A DNA stretch of 64,000 bases from Spirochaetaceae bacterium (GCA_965224705.1 OZ245056.1:2112001-2176000); one strand, 5' to 3'. Shown: positions 27,159-38,610, numbered from the stretch's first letter. A program made the numbers and translations. Notes: a model not told the origin generated them from the letters alone.

Positions 27159-27833
27159 ATGACACTCAAGAAGGCATTGTATTCAGGAATTCTCATTCTT
27201 CTTCCCCTGATTATTCTCTTCAGCAAAGGATTATCAAGTAAGGGTATGGTTTCTGCTGTTGAGGACATACCATCTGTTTCGAATTCTGCATCAGAATCCC
27301 TGCCTGAGAAGTCAGCCGCCGAGATAATGACAATCCTTAACTTTTCTGGAGAGGTCAGACCTCGGGATGAAGTGGATGTCTTCCCTGATACTCAGGGGAA
27401 AATTCGGGAATTGAGAGTGGAAGTTGGGGATGAAGTTCAGCCGGATCAGATTCTGGCTCTGGTGGATCCTTCCAGGGCAGGGATGAATTACAATTACAGC
27501 CCCGTTCGTTCTTCCATCCGTGGAACGGTTACGGCAGTGTATGCTGCTCCGGGTAGTCACATTACTCCGGGACAGCCGCTTTGCCGGGTGGGAACCCTGG
27601 AACATCTTGAGGTGGATATTCATGTGCCGGAAGGATCTATTGGCATTCTTCGGGAAGGTATGAAGGGAGTTGTCAGTTCTCCTGTTATCCCGGGGCTTCA
27701 TGAAACGATGCAGCTTAAAAGAATATCTCCTGTTGTCGATCCAGTCAGCCGAAGTTTGAAGGTTGTTTTCATTCCTCTCAGGCAATCCGGGGAATTGAAG
27801 GCCGGCATGTTTGTGGATCTCACCCTGGAGTAA
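27159..27833 (+). CDS. RND efflux periplasmic adaptor (short)
   Basis: Lipoyl-like GKIRELRVEVGDEV, ISPVVDPVSR, LKAGMF. Confidence 0.8.
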   Translation: MTLKKALYSGILILLPLIILFSKGLSSKGMVSAVEDIPSVSNSASESLPEKSAAEIMTILNFSGEVRPRDEVDVFPDTQGKIRELRVEVGDEVQPDQILALVDPSRAGMNYNYSPVRSSIRGTVTAVYAAPGSHITPGQPLCRVGTLEHLEVDIHVPEGSIGILREGMKGVVSSPVIPGLHETMQLKRISPVVDPVSRSLKVVFIPLRQSGELKAGMFVDLTLE

Positions 27834-27835
27834 TC

Positions 27836-30800
27836 GTGGTGAATCGATTTGAGTACCTGCTTAAGCATCCTCTGGCGGTGTTTGTCGTCTTTGCCGCGGC
27901 ATCCCTGCTGGGAGTTTTTCTCCTCTTCACTTTGCCGATGAATCTGTATCCTGAATTCAATCCGCCTGTTTTAAGTATTGTGACGGTTTACCCCCAGGCT
28001 TCTTCCCGGGAAGTAAGGGAGCGAATCACAAATCCTCTGGAGGAGAAACTGGGGAGTATCAGTGGTCTTGATAAAATGACCAGCTATTCTGGACATTCAA
28101 TAAGCCGGATCGTTCTGGAATTCCGGTGGAGTGCATCCATGATCAGCATTGAAAATGAACTGCGGTCCCGTTTGGGACAGATGGAAGAGACTCTTCCAGA
28201 ATTTGCTCAGACACCTGTATTGTACAAATATGATATGAATGATGAACCCATCGTGGAATTAGCTGTCAGAAGTATGAATGGAGAGCCGCTTTCGAAAATC
28301 ACTGCCATGGTAAAAGATAGGATTAAGCCTTCCTTTGAACAGCTTGAAGGAGTCGCTGCGGTCGATATTACAGGGATTCGAGACGAACAGGTTGAGATTG
28401 CGGCCGTGCGAAATCGACTGGAGGCCTTTTCATTCAACTTGACGATGATTTCCAGAATACTTGAAGCACAGAACAAAACGCTCGGTTCGGGTTCGTTCAA
28501 TGAGGACGGCCTGGAATACATAATCCAGGCTGAGGGAGAATTTACTTCCCTGGATGACATCCGAAATACGGTCATATCCTACCCAGGAAGAATCCCCATC
28601 AGAATCAAAGATTTTGCCAATGTGAACCGTGTGCTGGAAGATCCGAAGGACACAGTCTTATTCAACGGTCAACCAGCTGTCCGTATTGCAATCTTGAAAC
28701 AACATGATGCACATATCGTTCAAACGACCGACCGAATACTGAATCATATCCGTACGATTGAGCACACTATGCCGCAAGGAGTAGTACTTGAGGTTATCTC
28801 CGAATCAACCGGACTGATCCGTCTGGTTATTAGAACTATTATGACTTCCGGTATTATTGGGGGACTGCTTGCCATGGGGATTATCTTCTTCTTCCTTCAT
28901 CGAATTAAGCCTACGGTCATTATCTTCCTGTCCATTCCTGTTTCACTTCTCATCGCAGTGGGGGGATTGGCTGCATTCGGCAAGACATTGAACCTGCTGA
29001 CTATGGGTGGATTAATTCTCGGGTTGGGAATGATTGTCGATGGTTCAATCGTTGTATTGGAGAATATCATATCCTGCAGGGAAAAAGAACCTTCTCTTCA
29101 GAAGGCGGTTTTGACAGGTGTGAGCGAAATGGCTTCGCCGATTACGGGTTCTACTCTTACATCAATTTGTGTCTTCATTCCCCTCCTGTTTATGTCAGAA
29201 GGTCTGGATATTCTGGGTGTAATGTTCAAAGATATGGCTCTGTCAGTGATACTGGCACTCACGGCTTCTTTGATGGTTTCACTCATTCTTGTTCCTGTGC
29301 TCAGTCTTTACCTCTTGAAAGACAGGAAAATGGAAACCACAGGAATAGATCGATCTGTTGGCTTTTTGCTGAACGGGCTGGAAAAGTTATATGCCAGGTT
29401 GTTAAAAAAAGCCATGGGGAGCAAAGGATTGGTTATCCTTACATCTTTTGTTTTACTGCTTTCATCTTTGATAATCTTTTCCCGCCTGGGATGGCAGTTT
29501 CTTCCTGTTACCGGAGAAGATTCGTTTATTTTAGATGCCGATTTCCCACCCGGTACTTCCATTGATTCAGTCGAAGAAACATTGAAAGATGTTTCCCTTG
29601 TCATGGAAGAAGAGTTCCCCTGGATCGGGGGCGTATTGATAACGGCTGAAACAGGGGAAGGACGATTGACAGGAATACTTCCCCCACTCGATGAAAGACC
29701 CATCAGCCATACCCGGATGAAGGACAGGATGCGGCGTCATTTTTCCTTCTGGCCAGGCGTGGAGTTTGAGTTCCAAACGACCGATATGGCCGCTGATCTG
29801 GGAAATTCAGGAAAACTTATTCTGAAGATTCAGGGTGACTCTGAAGAAGAGATGAGGGATGTTGAGACAGAAATGCTGGAGTTGTTGGGGAATCGTCCCG
29901 AAATTCTTGCGTTAGATTCCGACAGGGAAGAAGCTCGTCCTGAATTTTCAGTTGTTCTGCTCCGGGACAGAGCTTTTCAACTGGGAGTCAGTATTGAACA
30001 GGCTGTCGCTGAAATTAGAGCAGCAATCAATGGAATAAAGGCCACGGAATTTCGGGAAGATGCAGAATCCTATGATGTAATTATCAAATTGAGAAAGGAA
30101 GACCGCATGAGTCGGCAGGATTTGAACAGACTTTTTATAATAAATAACAAGGGCATGAAAATCCCGCTGTCTAACATCGCTCGATTGGAAGACGGCAGAA
30201 TTTCCGGAGGGTTGAAGAGGGAAAACCAGGTGAATACGATTCAAATCACCTGCCATCTCCACCCTGAGGCTGATACGAATCTTCTTGTGAAATGGATAGA
30301 GGAACAAAGGGGATCCATTGTTCCGGAGGGCATCAGCATCAATTTTGCCGGGGAAATGGAGGATGTTCAGCAATACGGAAAAGGCCTGCTTTCTATTTCT
30401 GTTATTGCGGTACTTCTGGTTTTTACAGTCATGGTCTGTCAGTTTGAGTCGCTGAGTAAACCTTTTATCATCATTCTGCTGCTGCCATTTATGCTGATTG
30501 GTATTGTGTTGTGTTTTTTCCTTGTTGGGCTTCCTGTGAACATGATTACCATTATCGGTGTGGTTATGCTGGCCGGGATTGTTGTCAACAACGGTATTGT
30601 TATGGTGGACTATATTCAAACGCTTATGCAAAAAGGACTCAGTTTGAATAATGCCTGCATTGAAGCAAGCCGGAGTCGACTTCGTCCTGTATTGATGACA
30701 ACCGCAACAACCGTTCTTGCCATGGTTCCCATGGGTTTCTTTCCGGGAAGCGGGGGCAGGCTTCTCCAGCCTCTGGGACTGACGATTTCAGGCGGACTTT

Positions 30801-30907
30801 CTGTCAGCATGCTGGCGACCCTCTTTCTGATTCCCATTCTTTTTTCTTTGTTCCATAAAAAAAGCGAATTCGAAAGAGTTCAAAAATTCAATGAAGTGCA
30901 GGTGTGA
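27836..30907 (+). CDS. RND (AcrB-family) efflux permease
   Basis: GMIVDGSIVVLEN, VNNGIV, RLRPVLMT. Confidence 0.92.
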   Translation: MVNRFEYLLKHPLAVFVVFAAASLLGVFLLFTLPMNLYPEFNPPVLSIVTVYPQASSREVRERITNPLEEKLGSISGLDKMTSYSGHSISRIVLEFRWSASMISIENELRSRLGQMEETLPEFAQTPVLYKYDMNDEPIVELAVRSMNGEPLSKITAMVKDRIKPSFEQLEGVAAVDITGIRDEQVEIAAVRNRLEAFSFNLTMISRILEAQNKTLGSGSFNEDGLEYIIQAEGEFTSLDDIRNTVISYPGRIPIRIKDFANVNRVLEDPKDTVLFNGQPAVRIAILKQHDAHIVQTTDRILNHIRTIEHTMPQGVVLEVISESTGLIRLVIRTIMTSGIIGGLLAMGIIFFFLHRIKPTVIIFLSIPVSLLIAVGGLAAFGKTLNLLTMGGLILGLGMIVDGSIVVLENIISCREKEPSLQKAVLTGVSEMASPITGSTLTSICVFIPLLFMSEGLDILGVMFKDMALSVILALTASLMVSLILVPVLSLYLLKDRKMETTGIDRSVGFLLNGLEKLYARLLKKAMGSKGLVILTSFVLLLSSLIIFSRLGWQFLPVTGEDSFILDADFPPGTSIDSVEETLKDVSLVMEEEFPWIGGVLITAETGEGRLTGILPPLDERPISHTRMKDRMRRHFSFWPGVEFEFQTTDMAADLGNSGKLILKIQGDSEEEMRDVETEMLELLGNRPEILALDSDREEARPEFSVVLLRDRAFQLGVSIEQAVAEIRAAINGIKATEFREDAESYDVIIKLRKEDRMSRQDLNRLFIINNKGMKIPLSNIARLEDGRISGGLKRENQVNTIQITCHLHPEADTNLLVKWIEEQRGSIVPEGISINFAGEMEDVQQYGKGLLSISVIAVLLVFTVMVCQFESLSKPFIIILLLPFMLIGIVLCFFLVGLPVNMITIIGVVMLAGIVVNNGIVMVDYIQTLMQKGLSLNNACIEASRSRLRPVLMTTATTVLAMVPMGFFPGSGGRLLQPLGLTISGGLSVSMLATLFLIPILFSLFHKKSEFERVQKFNEVQV

Positions 30908-30910
30908 ATC

Positions 30911-31603
30911 ATGCAGGGATCAGTACTCATCGTGGAAGATGATAAAGATATTGCAGAACTCATTCAACTCTATCTTGAGAGAGAGGGAATGGCTGTTACT
31001 CTGGCTGGTGACGGAGAGAGCGGTTTGAAGTTGATAGAGGATAATCTGGCTGTGGATCTCGTGGTTCTGGATTTGAACCTCCCCGGTTTGGATGGCTATG
31101 AATTCCTGCGAATTCTACGGCAAAAACTGGATGTACCGGTGGTGATTGTTTCGGCTCGGCATGAAGATAGTGATATGATTATGGGTTTTGGTATTGGAGC
31201 GGATGATTTTGTTTCCAAACCCTTTTCTCCCGGTGTGCTTGCCGCCCGCATCAGAGCTCATATAAGACGACGCAGAGTAGGACCGACACAGAATGACCGC
31301 TTCCATTTTGGACCATGTGAACTGGATCGACGGGCTCTGACCTTATACAAATATGGAGAGAGGATTGCTCTGAGTCCCAGGGAATTGCAGCTGTTAATCT
31401 ATCTTGCCGAGGAGCCGAATACACCCCGGTCTCAATCGGATATTTACAATACAGTGTGGAAGGCAGAATACGGTGACATGAATACCGTGAGTGTTCATAT
31501 CCAGAGACTTCGGCAGAAAATCGAGGATGAACCGGCCAACCCTCAATTCATCAAGACAGTTTATGGGTTCGGCTATACCCTCTGCCAGGGAGAGAACGAA
31601 TGA
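30911..31603 (+). CDS. OmpR-family response regulator
   Basis: Receiver domain (VEDD, LDLNLP, KPF) plus winged helix. Confidence 0.92.
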   Translation: MQGSVLIVEDDKDIAELIQLYLEREGMAVTLAGDGESGLKLIEDNLAVDLVVLDLNLPGLDGYEFLRILRQKLDVPVVIVSARHEDSDMIMGFGIGADDFVSKPFSPGVLAARIRAHIRRRRVGPTQNDRFHFGPCELDRRALTLYKYGERIALSPRELQLLIYLAEEPNTPRSQSDIYNTVWKAEYGDMNTVSVHIQRLRQKIEDEPANPQFIKTVYGFGYTLCQGENE

Positions 31604-33015
31604 AAATACGGAGAGATCTTTCCCTGCCGGATCGCTTACTTATTGTTGTCATAGCCCTGATGGTTATTCCCTTTATAAGTCTTTGTGGTCTTCTATTTAT
31701 GAATTATTACTACTGGGATACAACTCGCTATAGAGGAAAGGAGAATATCCAGGCCCCGAAATGGCTGCAAAAGGAATTAGCTGCTGTTATCGAAAACGAT
31801 CAGGAGTGGTTTGAAAACGTTCCGGGTCAGGAACGGGATATAATGCTTCTCACAGATGCAGAAGGTAACTTCATTTATACGGGGTTCACCTTTTATACAG
31901 ATGTCGATTTTGCAGCCTTCAGCGGATCTTTTCAGGATATGGTTCAGGCGGTGATTGCACTGATGAATGATCAACAGATCGGTATTTCTCTGTACCGCTA
32001 CAACAATCAGCGGGGATTGATGGCCTATTTTGTCAATCAGGATTCCCTGCCTCAGATTCTCAGTCAGTGGCTCTGGGTTCTGGCCGCTCTTTATTTCATC
32101 GCCTGTCTTTTTTTCCCCCTCTACATCAGTTCCCGCTTAATCATGCAGCTGCGTCGATCTGTGAGCCGTCTGGAAGAAGGGGCAAGGCAGGTGGAGCAGG
32201 GTAACTTCCATTTCAGTATGGAAAAACTCAGTCACAGAGATGAACTGAAACCCCTCTCTGATGCGTTTCAGGCCATGCAAAAACAACTCCGTGAGGAGCA
32301 AAATCAAAAAAAACGTTTTCTGATGGCGATCTCTCATGATTTGAAGACACCCCTCACCTCCATTAAAGGTTACCTGGAAGCCATTGAGGATGGAATGGCC
32401 GACAATCCTGAAAAACTGGATGAGTATCTGAAAATTCTTCAGAGAAAATCAAATATTCTGGAAGCAAGAATCAATAGTCTGATTGATTTTTCCTGTCTGG
32501 ATACGGAGTCCCTGAAACTGAAATCCTCTATTCCGATGAACCTGAATACCTTCCTCAATAGTCTTATACGAGATTACAGGAAGGATATGGAGATTTCGGG
32601 GCATATTTTTCATTCTGATTACTCCCTGCCCAATTCAGCTGAGATTATGGCTGACCCAAACCTTTTGTACAGGGCATTCGAAAACATTCTGAAGAATGCA
32701 CAGAATTACTGTGCCAGGGGATCAACAATTGAGCTGCGATCCTATCTGGAAGGAAACAGAGTCGTCTTCTTAATTACGGACAGGGGAAGGGGAGTGAGTG
32801 AAGAGGAGCAGGCCCTCATCTTTGAACCATTTTTTAGAGGTGATTCAAGCAGGAATCAGGGCGGCATGGGGCTGGGACTGGCGTCTACAGATTTCATCAT
32901 CAGGAATTATGGTGGAACTATCGAATACAAAAATCACCGCGGCGGCGGAGCAGAATTTCATATCACTCTGCCCCTTTATCAGGCAATAAACCAACCCCCG
33001 GGAGAGATAGAATGA
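31600..33015 (+). CDS. HAMP sensor histidine kinase
   Basis: SHDLKTPLT H-box; N, G and F boxes. Confidence 0.92.
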   Translation: MKIRRDLSLPDRLLIVVIALMVIPFISLCGLLFMNYYYWDTTRYRGKENIQAPKWLQKELAAVIENDQEWFENVPGQERDIMLLTDAEGNFIYTGFTFYTDVDFAAFSGSFQDMVQAVIALMNDQQIGISLYRYNNQRGLMAYFVNQDSLPQILSQWLWVLAALYFIACLFFPLYISSRLIMQLRRSVSRLEEGARQVEQGNFHFSMEKLSHRDELKPLSDAFQAMQKQLREEQNQKKRFLMAISHDLKTPLTSIKGYLEAIEDGMADNPEKLDEYLKILQRKSNILEARINSLIDFSCLDTESLKLKSSIPMNLNTFLNSLIRDYRKDMEISGHIFHSDYSLPNSAEIMADPNLLYRAFENILKNAQNYCARGSTIELRSYLEGNRVVFLITDRGRGVSEEEQALIFEPFFRGDSSRNQGGMGLGLASTDFIIRNYGGTIEYKNHRGGGAEFHITLPLYQAINQPPGEIE

Positions 33016-33521
33016 GGAGAAGACTTATTGCAGTCGTCTTATTTCTTGTTCTGGCGGCCAGGATCTCAGCAGAAGAGAATGTGACAGGTCTGTGGAAAGG
33101 TGTTGGTAGTGGAAAGAAAGCCAATACAACATTTTTCGTCTATATCTATCAGTACATGGGCAGGATTTATGGCCGCCTGATTGCTACATTCACCGATGGT
33201 GTTGTTACGGACAGCATTAACAATCCAGTTGATCGCGGGAAGAAATGGGAGGGGAATCCCTATGTTTTCGGCATGGATATCATCTGGAAAATGGAACGGC
33301 ATGGATCCCGGTGGAGGAACGGCAAGATCTGTGATCCTCAGAGAGGAGGAATCTACGATGCTCAGGTATGGCGTGATGGTAAGAACCTGATTGTTCGAGG
33401 ACAAATAGGCCCTTTCGGGCAGAAAAAAATCTGGCATCCTGTTCAGCTGCATGAGATTCCTCCGAATCTGGATTACGGTGATCCTGGTACCTGGATACCG
33501 GCCATTCCTGAGAGGAAATAA
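33012..33521 (+). CDS. DUF2147-like exported protein
   Basis: GLW..., GMDIIW, GKICDP..G.IY, LIVRG motifs. Confidence 0.7.
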   Translation: MRRRLIAVVLFLVLAARISAEENVTGLWKGVGSGKKANTTFFVYIYQYMGRIYGRLIATFTDGVVTDSINNPVDRGKKWEGNPYVFGMDIIWKMERHGSRWRNGKICDPQRGGIYDAQVWRDGKNLIVRGQIGPFGQKKIWHPVQLHEIPPNLDYGDPGTWIPAIPERK

Positions 33522-33580
33522 AATCAGGTGCCCGGAATACAATCATAGGCCATTGGGAAAGTGGTTGTTAAACGGGCTGT

Positions 33581-33638
33581 CGCGGCAGCAGGAAAAAAGG
33601 GCAAAAATCGAGCCGTGAGGCGTAAGTTCAACAGGCTC
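33581..33638. mobile_element. MITE family 1 fragment
   Basis: GCAGCAGGAAAAAAGGGCAAAAATCGAGCCGTGAG... matches 26981-27038. Confidence 0.75.
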
Positions 33639-33657
33639 CCAGATTCCAGGCCAGACT

Positions 33658-34902
33658 TCAATTGAAACGCAGGCTGCCCGGGATGTCCATTCTCAGTATT
33701 CTATGAGTGGAGAACATGGCAACCAGAACAGCCATACCCACACCCATGAAAAAGGCGAGTACCATGGTCAGTACATCCCATTCTCCATACATCTGTCCCT
33801 GAATTCTGTAGCCGAAACTGGTATCCCTCATAATCGCTGAATAGTCAATACCAAATCGGACCAATGGCCAGTTAATCAAGGCTCCAATTCCAACTCCAAT
33901 AATTCCACCGATGAATCCTATCCCTGCTGATTCCCAGAGAAAAAGACTGCGAATCTGTTTGTCTTTCATCCCAAGAGCCCGCATCATTCCCAGTTCCCTG
34001 ACTCTCTCATATACGGCCATCAGCATGGTATTGGATATTCCAACTCCAGCGATTATGAGAATCAAGAGTATTATAACTCCCGAACTGCCAGCTTCCGCCT
34101 GTGACATGGTAATGAAGTCTTCTCCAAGAGTTTGCCAGTTCAATGCCTCCAATCCTGCTTCATTGATTTTGGGGACTAAGGCTGCAAATTTACTGTCAGC
34201 AGCAGAGTTCTCACCAAAAGAGACATTGATCTCAGTGACCATTCCCCCCATCTCCAATAATTCATCCGCTGTCGACAGGGGAAGGAACATCCCTGATCGG
34301 GTGATTTCGGGGTTTGGGCAATTGATGATGCCCACGATTTCCAGATCAAATACTTGAGCATAATTGTCTTTGGTCTGGGTTTCCACGAGTACCATGCTGC
34401 CAACTTCGGCGCCAATGTCTTCTGCGAGCCAATGACCGATAACAAGACCGTACTCGTCTTCTCTCAACCATCGGCCTTCCACAAGACTTTCATGTACCTT
34501 GAAGACTTCAGCGTCCTGTATTGGGTGGATGGCAGTGAATTTCCCTGGAATACTTCCATCCTCGGGGAAGGGATCTTTGTAGAAGATCAGATCTCCGCCA
34601 AAGCTTACTCGCGGAGTGTAGGATGCCCCGGAATCCGCGAGGAGAGATTCTACCAGGGCTGGATCAAAGGACTTTCCCAGAGGAAGAGTACTTCTCTTTT
34701 CCCAGTATCCTGGAGCCATAATTCGGCCAGAAGCCGTTTCATATAAACGCAGATTCTTAATTGATTCTGAATTGACACCGAGAAGGAGGGAACGGACCAG
34801 AATGAGCATTGAAAGTCCAAAGGCAATGGCTCCAGATGTGATCATTGTGCGTTTTCTGTAACGGGTCAGGTTCAGCAAAGCTATCTTTGGAATGAATCTC
34901 AT
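33658..34902 (-). CDS. FtsX/LolE-family ABC permease
   Basis: NTMLMAVYERVRELGMMRALG. Confidence 0.88.
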   Translation of the reverse strand: MRFIPKIALLNLTRYRKRTMITSGAIAFGLSMLILVRSLLLGVNSESIKNLRLYETASGRIMAPGYWEKRSTLPLGKSFDPALVESLLADSGASYTPRVSFGGDLIFYKDPFPEDGSIPGKFTAIHPIQDAEVFKVHESLVEGRWLREDEYGLVIGHWLAEDIGAEVGSMVLVETQTKDNYAQVFDLEIVGIINCPNPEITRSGMFLPLSTADELLEMGGMVTEINVSFGENSAADSKFAALVPKINEAGLEALNWQTLGEDFITMSQAEAGSSGVIILLILIIAGVGISNTMLMAVYERVRELGMMRALGMKDKQIRSLFLWESAGIGFIGGIIGVGIGALINWPLVRFGIDYSAIMRDTSFGYRIQGQMYGEWDVLTMVLAFFMGVGMAVLVAMFSTHRILRMDIPGSLRFN

Positions 34903-34943
34903 TATCGAGCCTCATGAATACATTCGTCTTCAAGGTTCTATAC

Positions 34944-35016
34944 AGGCGCCGAGCGGATTCGAACCGCTGCATGATGGATTTGCAATCCACTCCCTTAGCC
35001 ACTTGGGTACGGCGCC
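34944..35016 (-). tRNA. tRNA-Cys(GCA)
   Basis: GGCGCCG acceptor stem, TGGA-TTGCAAA-TCCA arm, GTTCGAA. Confidence 0.95.
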
Positions 35017-35262
35017 GGATTTAAGGAAATATAAAGCTTTGCTGGATGAATGTCCACAACGTTTCTTTAGAAAGTCACTCTTTTCATAAAATGTCGAGAA
35101 CTGCCCGGAAAGTCTCTGTGATGCCTTCATGGACATTGCCTGGAAACCATTCATTCTGGTGCATCTTCTGCACAAAGAATCATTTCACCCTGGCTGTCTG
35201 CTCGTTCAAGAATCAATTCCCGGGCAGGTGGGGCTGATTCCAATCCATTGAAGTCATCAGAG

Positions 35263-35315
35263 GAGTCTGTCGGACTTTAAGACTTCGAGCCGTGAGGCGG
35301 AAGTCCGACAGGCTC
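35263..35315. mobile_element. MITE family 1, 53-bp minimal copy
   Basis: Both TIRs, AGAG direct repeat; interior deleted at a TCGAG microhomology. Confidence 0.85.
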
Positions 35316-35459
35316 AGAGGGTAATGCTGTCAGTTATCCATCAGCAAAGCAGGATCTCCAAAGTACAGACCCGGGTTTCCATATTTCTGCATTTCTTCAG
35401 TCAACATATCTGCGGTCATGGGATTCAGGTAATTCGCCAGGGGGAATTTGATTGCTATG

Positions 35460-35680
35460 CAGTGTCAGGAAGCCTGTAAGAGTCTGGTTTCATCAAAACT
35501 CGGTTAGGTGACGATTCATACCTGATATAACAGCTCAATACTTCTGCATCGCTGTAAATCGGCAAATCACAATTTGGAATGATAAGAGATCCCGTGGCAG
35601 GAGATATGTAATCTCTTATCCTATCAGATATAATTCATAGGTGGGAACACTCGTTTCATTTAACAAGCTTCCTGACACTG
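35460..35680. mobile_element. MITE family 2 copy with an unrelated interior
   Basis: CAGTGTCAGGAAGCCTGT ... ACAAGCTTCCTGACACTG. Confidence 0.8.
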
Positions 35681-35688
35681 GGAAATCC

Positions 35689-38574
35689 CTACAGGAATCT
35701 CCGTCTTTGTGCTTCATCCATTAGAAGCTTATTCCAATGATTTGCATTAAGCCATGCATGTTTGGTTTGACTATCGTCAATTCGACCTGCACGAGTTTGG
35801 AGGTCGTTGAAAGCACGACTTATATGACGGGTGTGGAAAGCTGTTTCATCCTTCGGTGCTCCGAGGGCTGCCCACAATGCGTATTGGTAACTAAAAGGTT
35901 TCAAGCTTCGATGTCCACCTCTTTTCAACAGGGATTCCAGACGGTTTATGTTCTCAGTTTCTCCTCTACAAGAAAGGAAATAAGACTTCATCCCAACGAT
36001 TTGTTCACCCAGTACATCGAGAGGCGTTGACATATCGGCCAACCTTCCCTCAATTGGAAAATATCCATCAGACCAGTCATCAGCTTCCCCCTGCAGTTTG
36101 ACACTGTGTCTTTCTTTTTCAGTTGCCAGATGCAGTAATGCTATTGCTTCGTCAGAATTTCCATTCAGCCATGCGTGTTCGGCAAGGAAGGCAAGAGCTT
36201 CTCTATGCGTGCGATATTGTTCAAGAATTCTCCTGCCATTACTATCATTCTGAGCCAATAAACAACGTCCTTTCCATATTGTCATTACGCGGTGTTCGGC
36301 TGTTAAACTGTAAAATTCAGCAACTTTGCAGCCTTCAATAGCAATTGAACAGGCATTACTATATGCCCCTGTCTCCCAAAATATACGCAATTCAATGAGA
36401 GTTAAAAGCAGCCAGAGATCCACTCGTTTTTCCTTCTGGGCAGAGTTGCAATTTAACCTGCATTCCTGAGCACATTTGGAGAGATTTCCGAATATGAATT
36501 GAGCTACAGTTTCCAGTGCTGCCGCTCTTAATACTCCCCAGGTTGCACCTATCTGTGTGCCAATTCTGTGTGCAATACTGAAATGCTCCAATGCTTCCCG
36601 AACATTGCCAAGTGCAAGAAGTGCCAGAGCCAATTCAATATGAGCATAGGTTTCACTTTTATGATTCCCAGCTTTCTGATATTCAAATAGAGCTTCTTTG
36701 CTTGTGCTCAGGGCATTTTTCCAATTACCAACCGAGTATGAATACAATGCATCATGCAAACCAGACGTTTTGCCTGAATGGTTAAACGCCTTATCAATGT
36801 CACCAGAAAGAAGATTCAGTCTCATCCTGGCATTGCTGAGAATGCTCTGCAGGAGATCTGTTTCTTTCCCGTCAAGTTTGGCTGACAGATTATGAGTATC
36901 ATTGAGGAGTTTTCCAGCCAACTTCAGATTTCTCTGGGTAATCAAAGAATCCAGAAGCCTGTCAAGAATAACAATACTGTAATTAATCGGCCCCCAAATT
37001 GCCAGATAATGGTAGAGATGTAATGGATCAATCGGGTTCCCTGATTCATAGAGCTGGTAAAGATATCGACCAAAGTTTTCAGCCTCTTTCAAATAATCAG
37101 AATTCTTACCAGGAATTTTTAAGTCCGCATCCGGGAAACTACGAATTCGGCCATCTTGTTCTTCATGGATTAATCCCAGAGAAAGCAATTCATTAATGCG
37201 TCCCAGTTCATAAATCTGATCATCAGTATCGGAAAACCTCTGAATTATTAATTCCCGGGTGATCATCCCGGATGCAGAGAAGGCGAGAAACAGTGTTGTG
37301 CGTGAAGCCGCACTCAAAGTTTCAACCAGTGTCTGGCAGGAGTTTGAAGCCAGTTTGATTCCAGATTCTCTGTTCAGAAGCATATGGAACAGCTTGTAAA
37401 GATTACCAGCACATTGATCGGCGATACTCTTCAGTTCCCGCCCTCCGGGTCCATCATCAATGGATGCATCCTTAATTACCTGGACCCATGCTTTTGAAGT
37501 GGAGAAATCAAAGCCAACTTCACGTCGCATACCAGGTAGTGGGATATCCTCTGAGTAGTCACTGGAGTCCCGGATAATAATCAATCGGAATCCCTTCTCA
37601 TCAATCAATTCAGTCAGGATTGACCTGAGCAGAACAACGGATTCCGATCCTGGATTCAAACCATCAAAAATTATATAGGCAGGTCTTCCTTTTTTATATC
37701 GACTCCCACTGAATGCTTTGAAGTAAAGACTGTAGGCATGAACTACATCAACAGATTGTTGATCGGAAACTGATTCCCAATTCTTGTTTTGTTTCAGTTT
37801 CTGGATCAATTTGCTGCCTGTTGAATGCCACCATTGAACTTCTTCCTGGTTCAAATAATCTTCAACTGAAAAACTTGTATTCATCACAGCTCGGGAGAAA
37901 GGTTCCATTGGGTTTCCGTATCGGTCAGAACATGGCAGGATCACGGATGCACCTCCATCATCCGGGTAAAGCTGCCGTAATGCCTCAAACAGTGTTGCAC
38001 GTTTACCGGAGCCTGGTTTTCCACGAATGAGAAGTACACGATTGTCAATATTCTTTTTCTCCATTGTTTCCAGGATCCTCTTAACTATATTGAACTTATC
38101 ATGACGAATTAAAAGTTTTGGAAGTCTTTCTTCCAGTCGTAAGCCAACATCCTTCAGAGAATCAATCCGCATTATTTCACCAAAGTCTGAAAGATTAAAA
38201 AGAGTCTTGAAGTCCTGCTGCAGTGACGGAGCCAACCACATTCTATTATCATCAGACGTATGCAGGATAAGGGATTCAAAGTCTTCCATTGGTGAGAACT
38301 CATCCCCCCCTCTTCCAACAAGTACAGTTGTTCCATATAAATCATTGCCCCTCTGCTGAAGCATCGATTGCATGGCACAGGCTGCTTCGGCTGTTCTTCT
38401 CACAGACTCGCTGGGAGCATTTTGAAATCGGTAGAGATACTGCTGTTCAAGGCAGCCACCAAACCGAAAGGCTATCTTATCAAGATTTTGAGAAATCTGC
38501 TGAACAAGATCCGGGTAGAGTTTTGTTAGTTGATCAATATGGGATATCCCAATATAAATTATGTAGGAATGCAT
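35689..38574 (-). CDS. Large hypothetical protein with P-loop and TPR-like C-terminus
   Basis: 961-aa ORF; GKPGSGK; helical repeat C-terminal half. Confidence 0.7.
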   Translation of the reverse strand: MHSYIIYIGISHIDQLTKLYPDLVQQISQNLDKIAFRFGGCLEQQYLYRFQNAPSESVRRTAEAACAMQSMLQQRGNDLYGTTVLVGRGGDEFSPMEDFESLILHTSDDNRMWLAPSLQQDFKTLFNLSDFGEIMRIDSLKDVGLRLEERLPKLLIRHDKFNIVKRILETMEKKNIDNRVLLIRGKPGSGKRATLFEALRQLYPDDGGASVILPCSDRYGNPMEPFSRAVMNTSFSVEDYLNQEEVQWWHSTGSKLIQKLKQNKNWESVSDQQSVDVVHAYSLYFKAFSGSRYKKGRPAYIIFDGLNPGSESVVLLRSILTELIDEKGFRLIIIRDSSDYSEDIPLPGMRREVGFDFSTSKAWVQVIKDASIDDGPGGRELKSIADQCAGNLYKLFHMLLNRESGIKLASNSCQTLVETLSAASRTTLFLAFSASGMITRELIIQRFSDTDDQIYELGRINELLSLGLIHEEQDGRIRSFPDADLKIPGKNSDYLKEAENFGRYLYQLYESGNPIDPLHLYHYLAIWGPINYSIVILDRLLDSLITQRNLKLAGKLLNDTHNLSAKLDGKETDLLQSILSNARMRLNLLSGDIDKAFNHSGKTSGLHDALYSYSVGNWKNALSTSKEALFEYQKAGNHKSETYAHIELALALLALGNVREALEHFSIAHRIGTQIGATWGVLRAAALETVAQFIFGNLSKCAQECRLNCNSAQKEKRVDLWLLLTLIELRIFWETGAYSNACSIAIEGCKVAEFYSLTAEHRVMTIWKGRCLLAQNDSNGRRILEQYRTHREALAFLAEHAWLNGNSDEAIALLHLATEKERHSVKLQGEADDWSDGYFPIEGRLADMSTPLDVLGEQIVGMKSYFLSCRGETENINRLESLLKRGGHRSLKPFSYQYALWAALGAPKDETAFHTRHISRAFNDLQTRAGRIDDSQTKHAWLNANHWNKLLMDEAQRRRFL

Positions 38575-38610
38575 AATTTAAGTCCTGTTTCATCCTGAAA
38601 GGCAAAAGTA

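Noticed and set aside
35100..35460. Identifiable gene between tRNA-Cys and MITE-2
   Set aside because: Looks like decayed coding sequence split by MITEs, but no family could be recognised.
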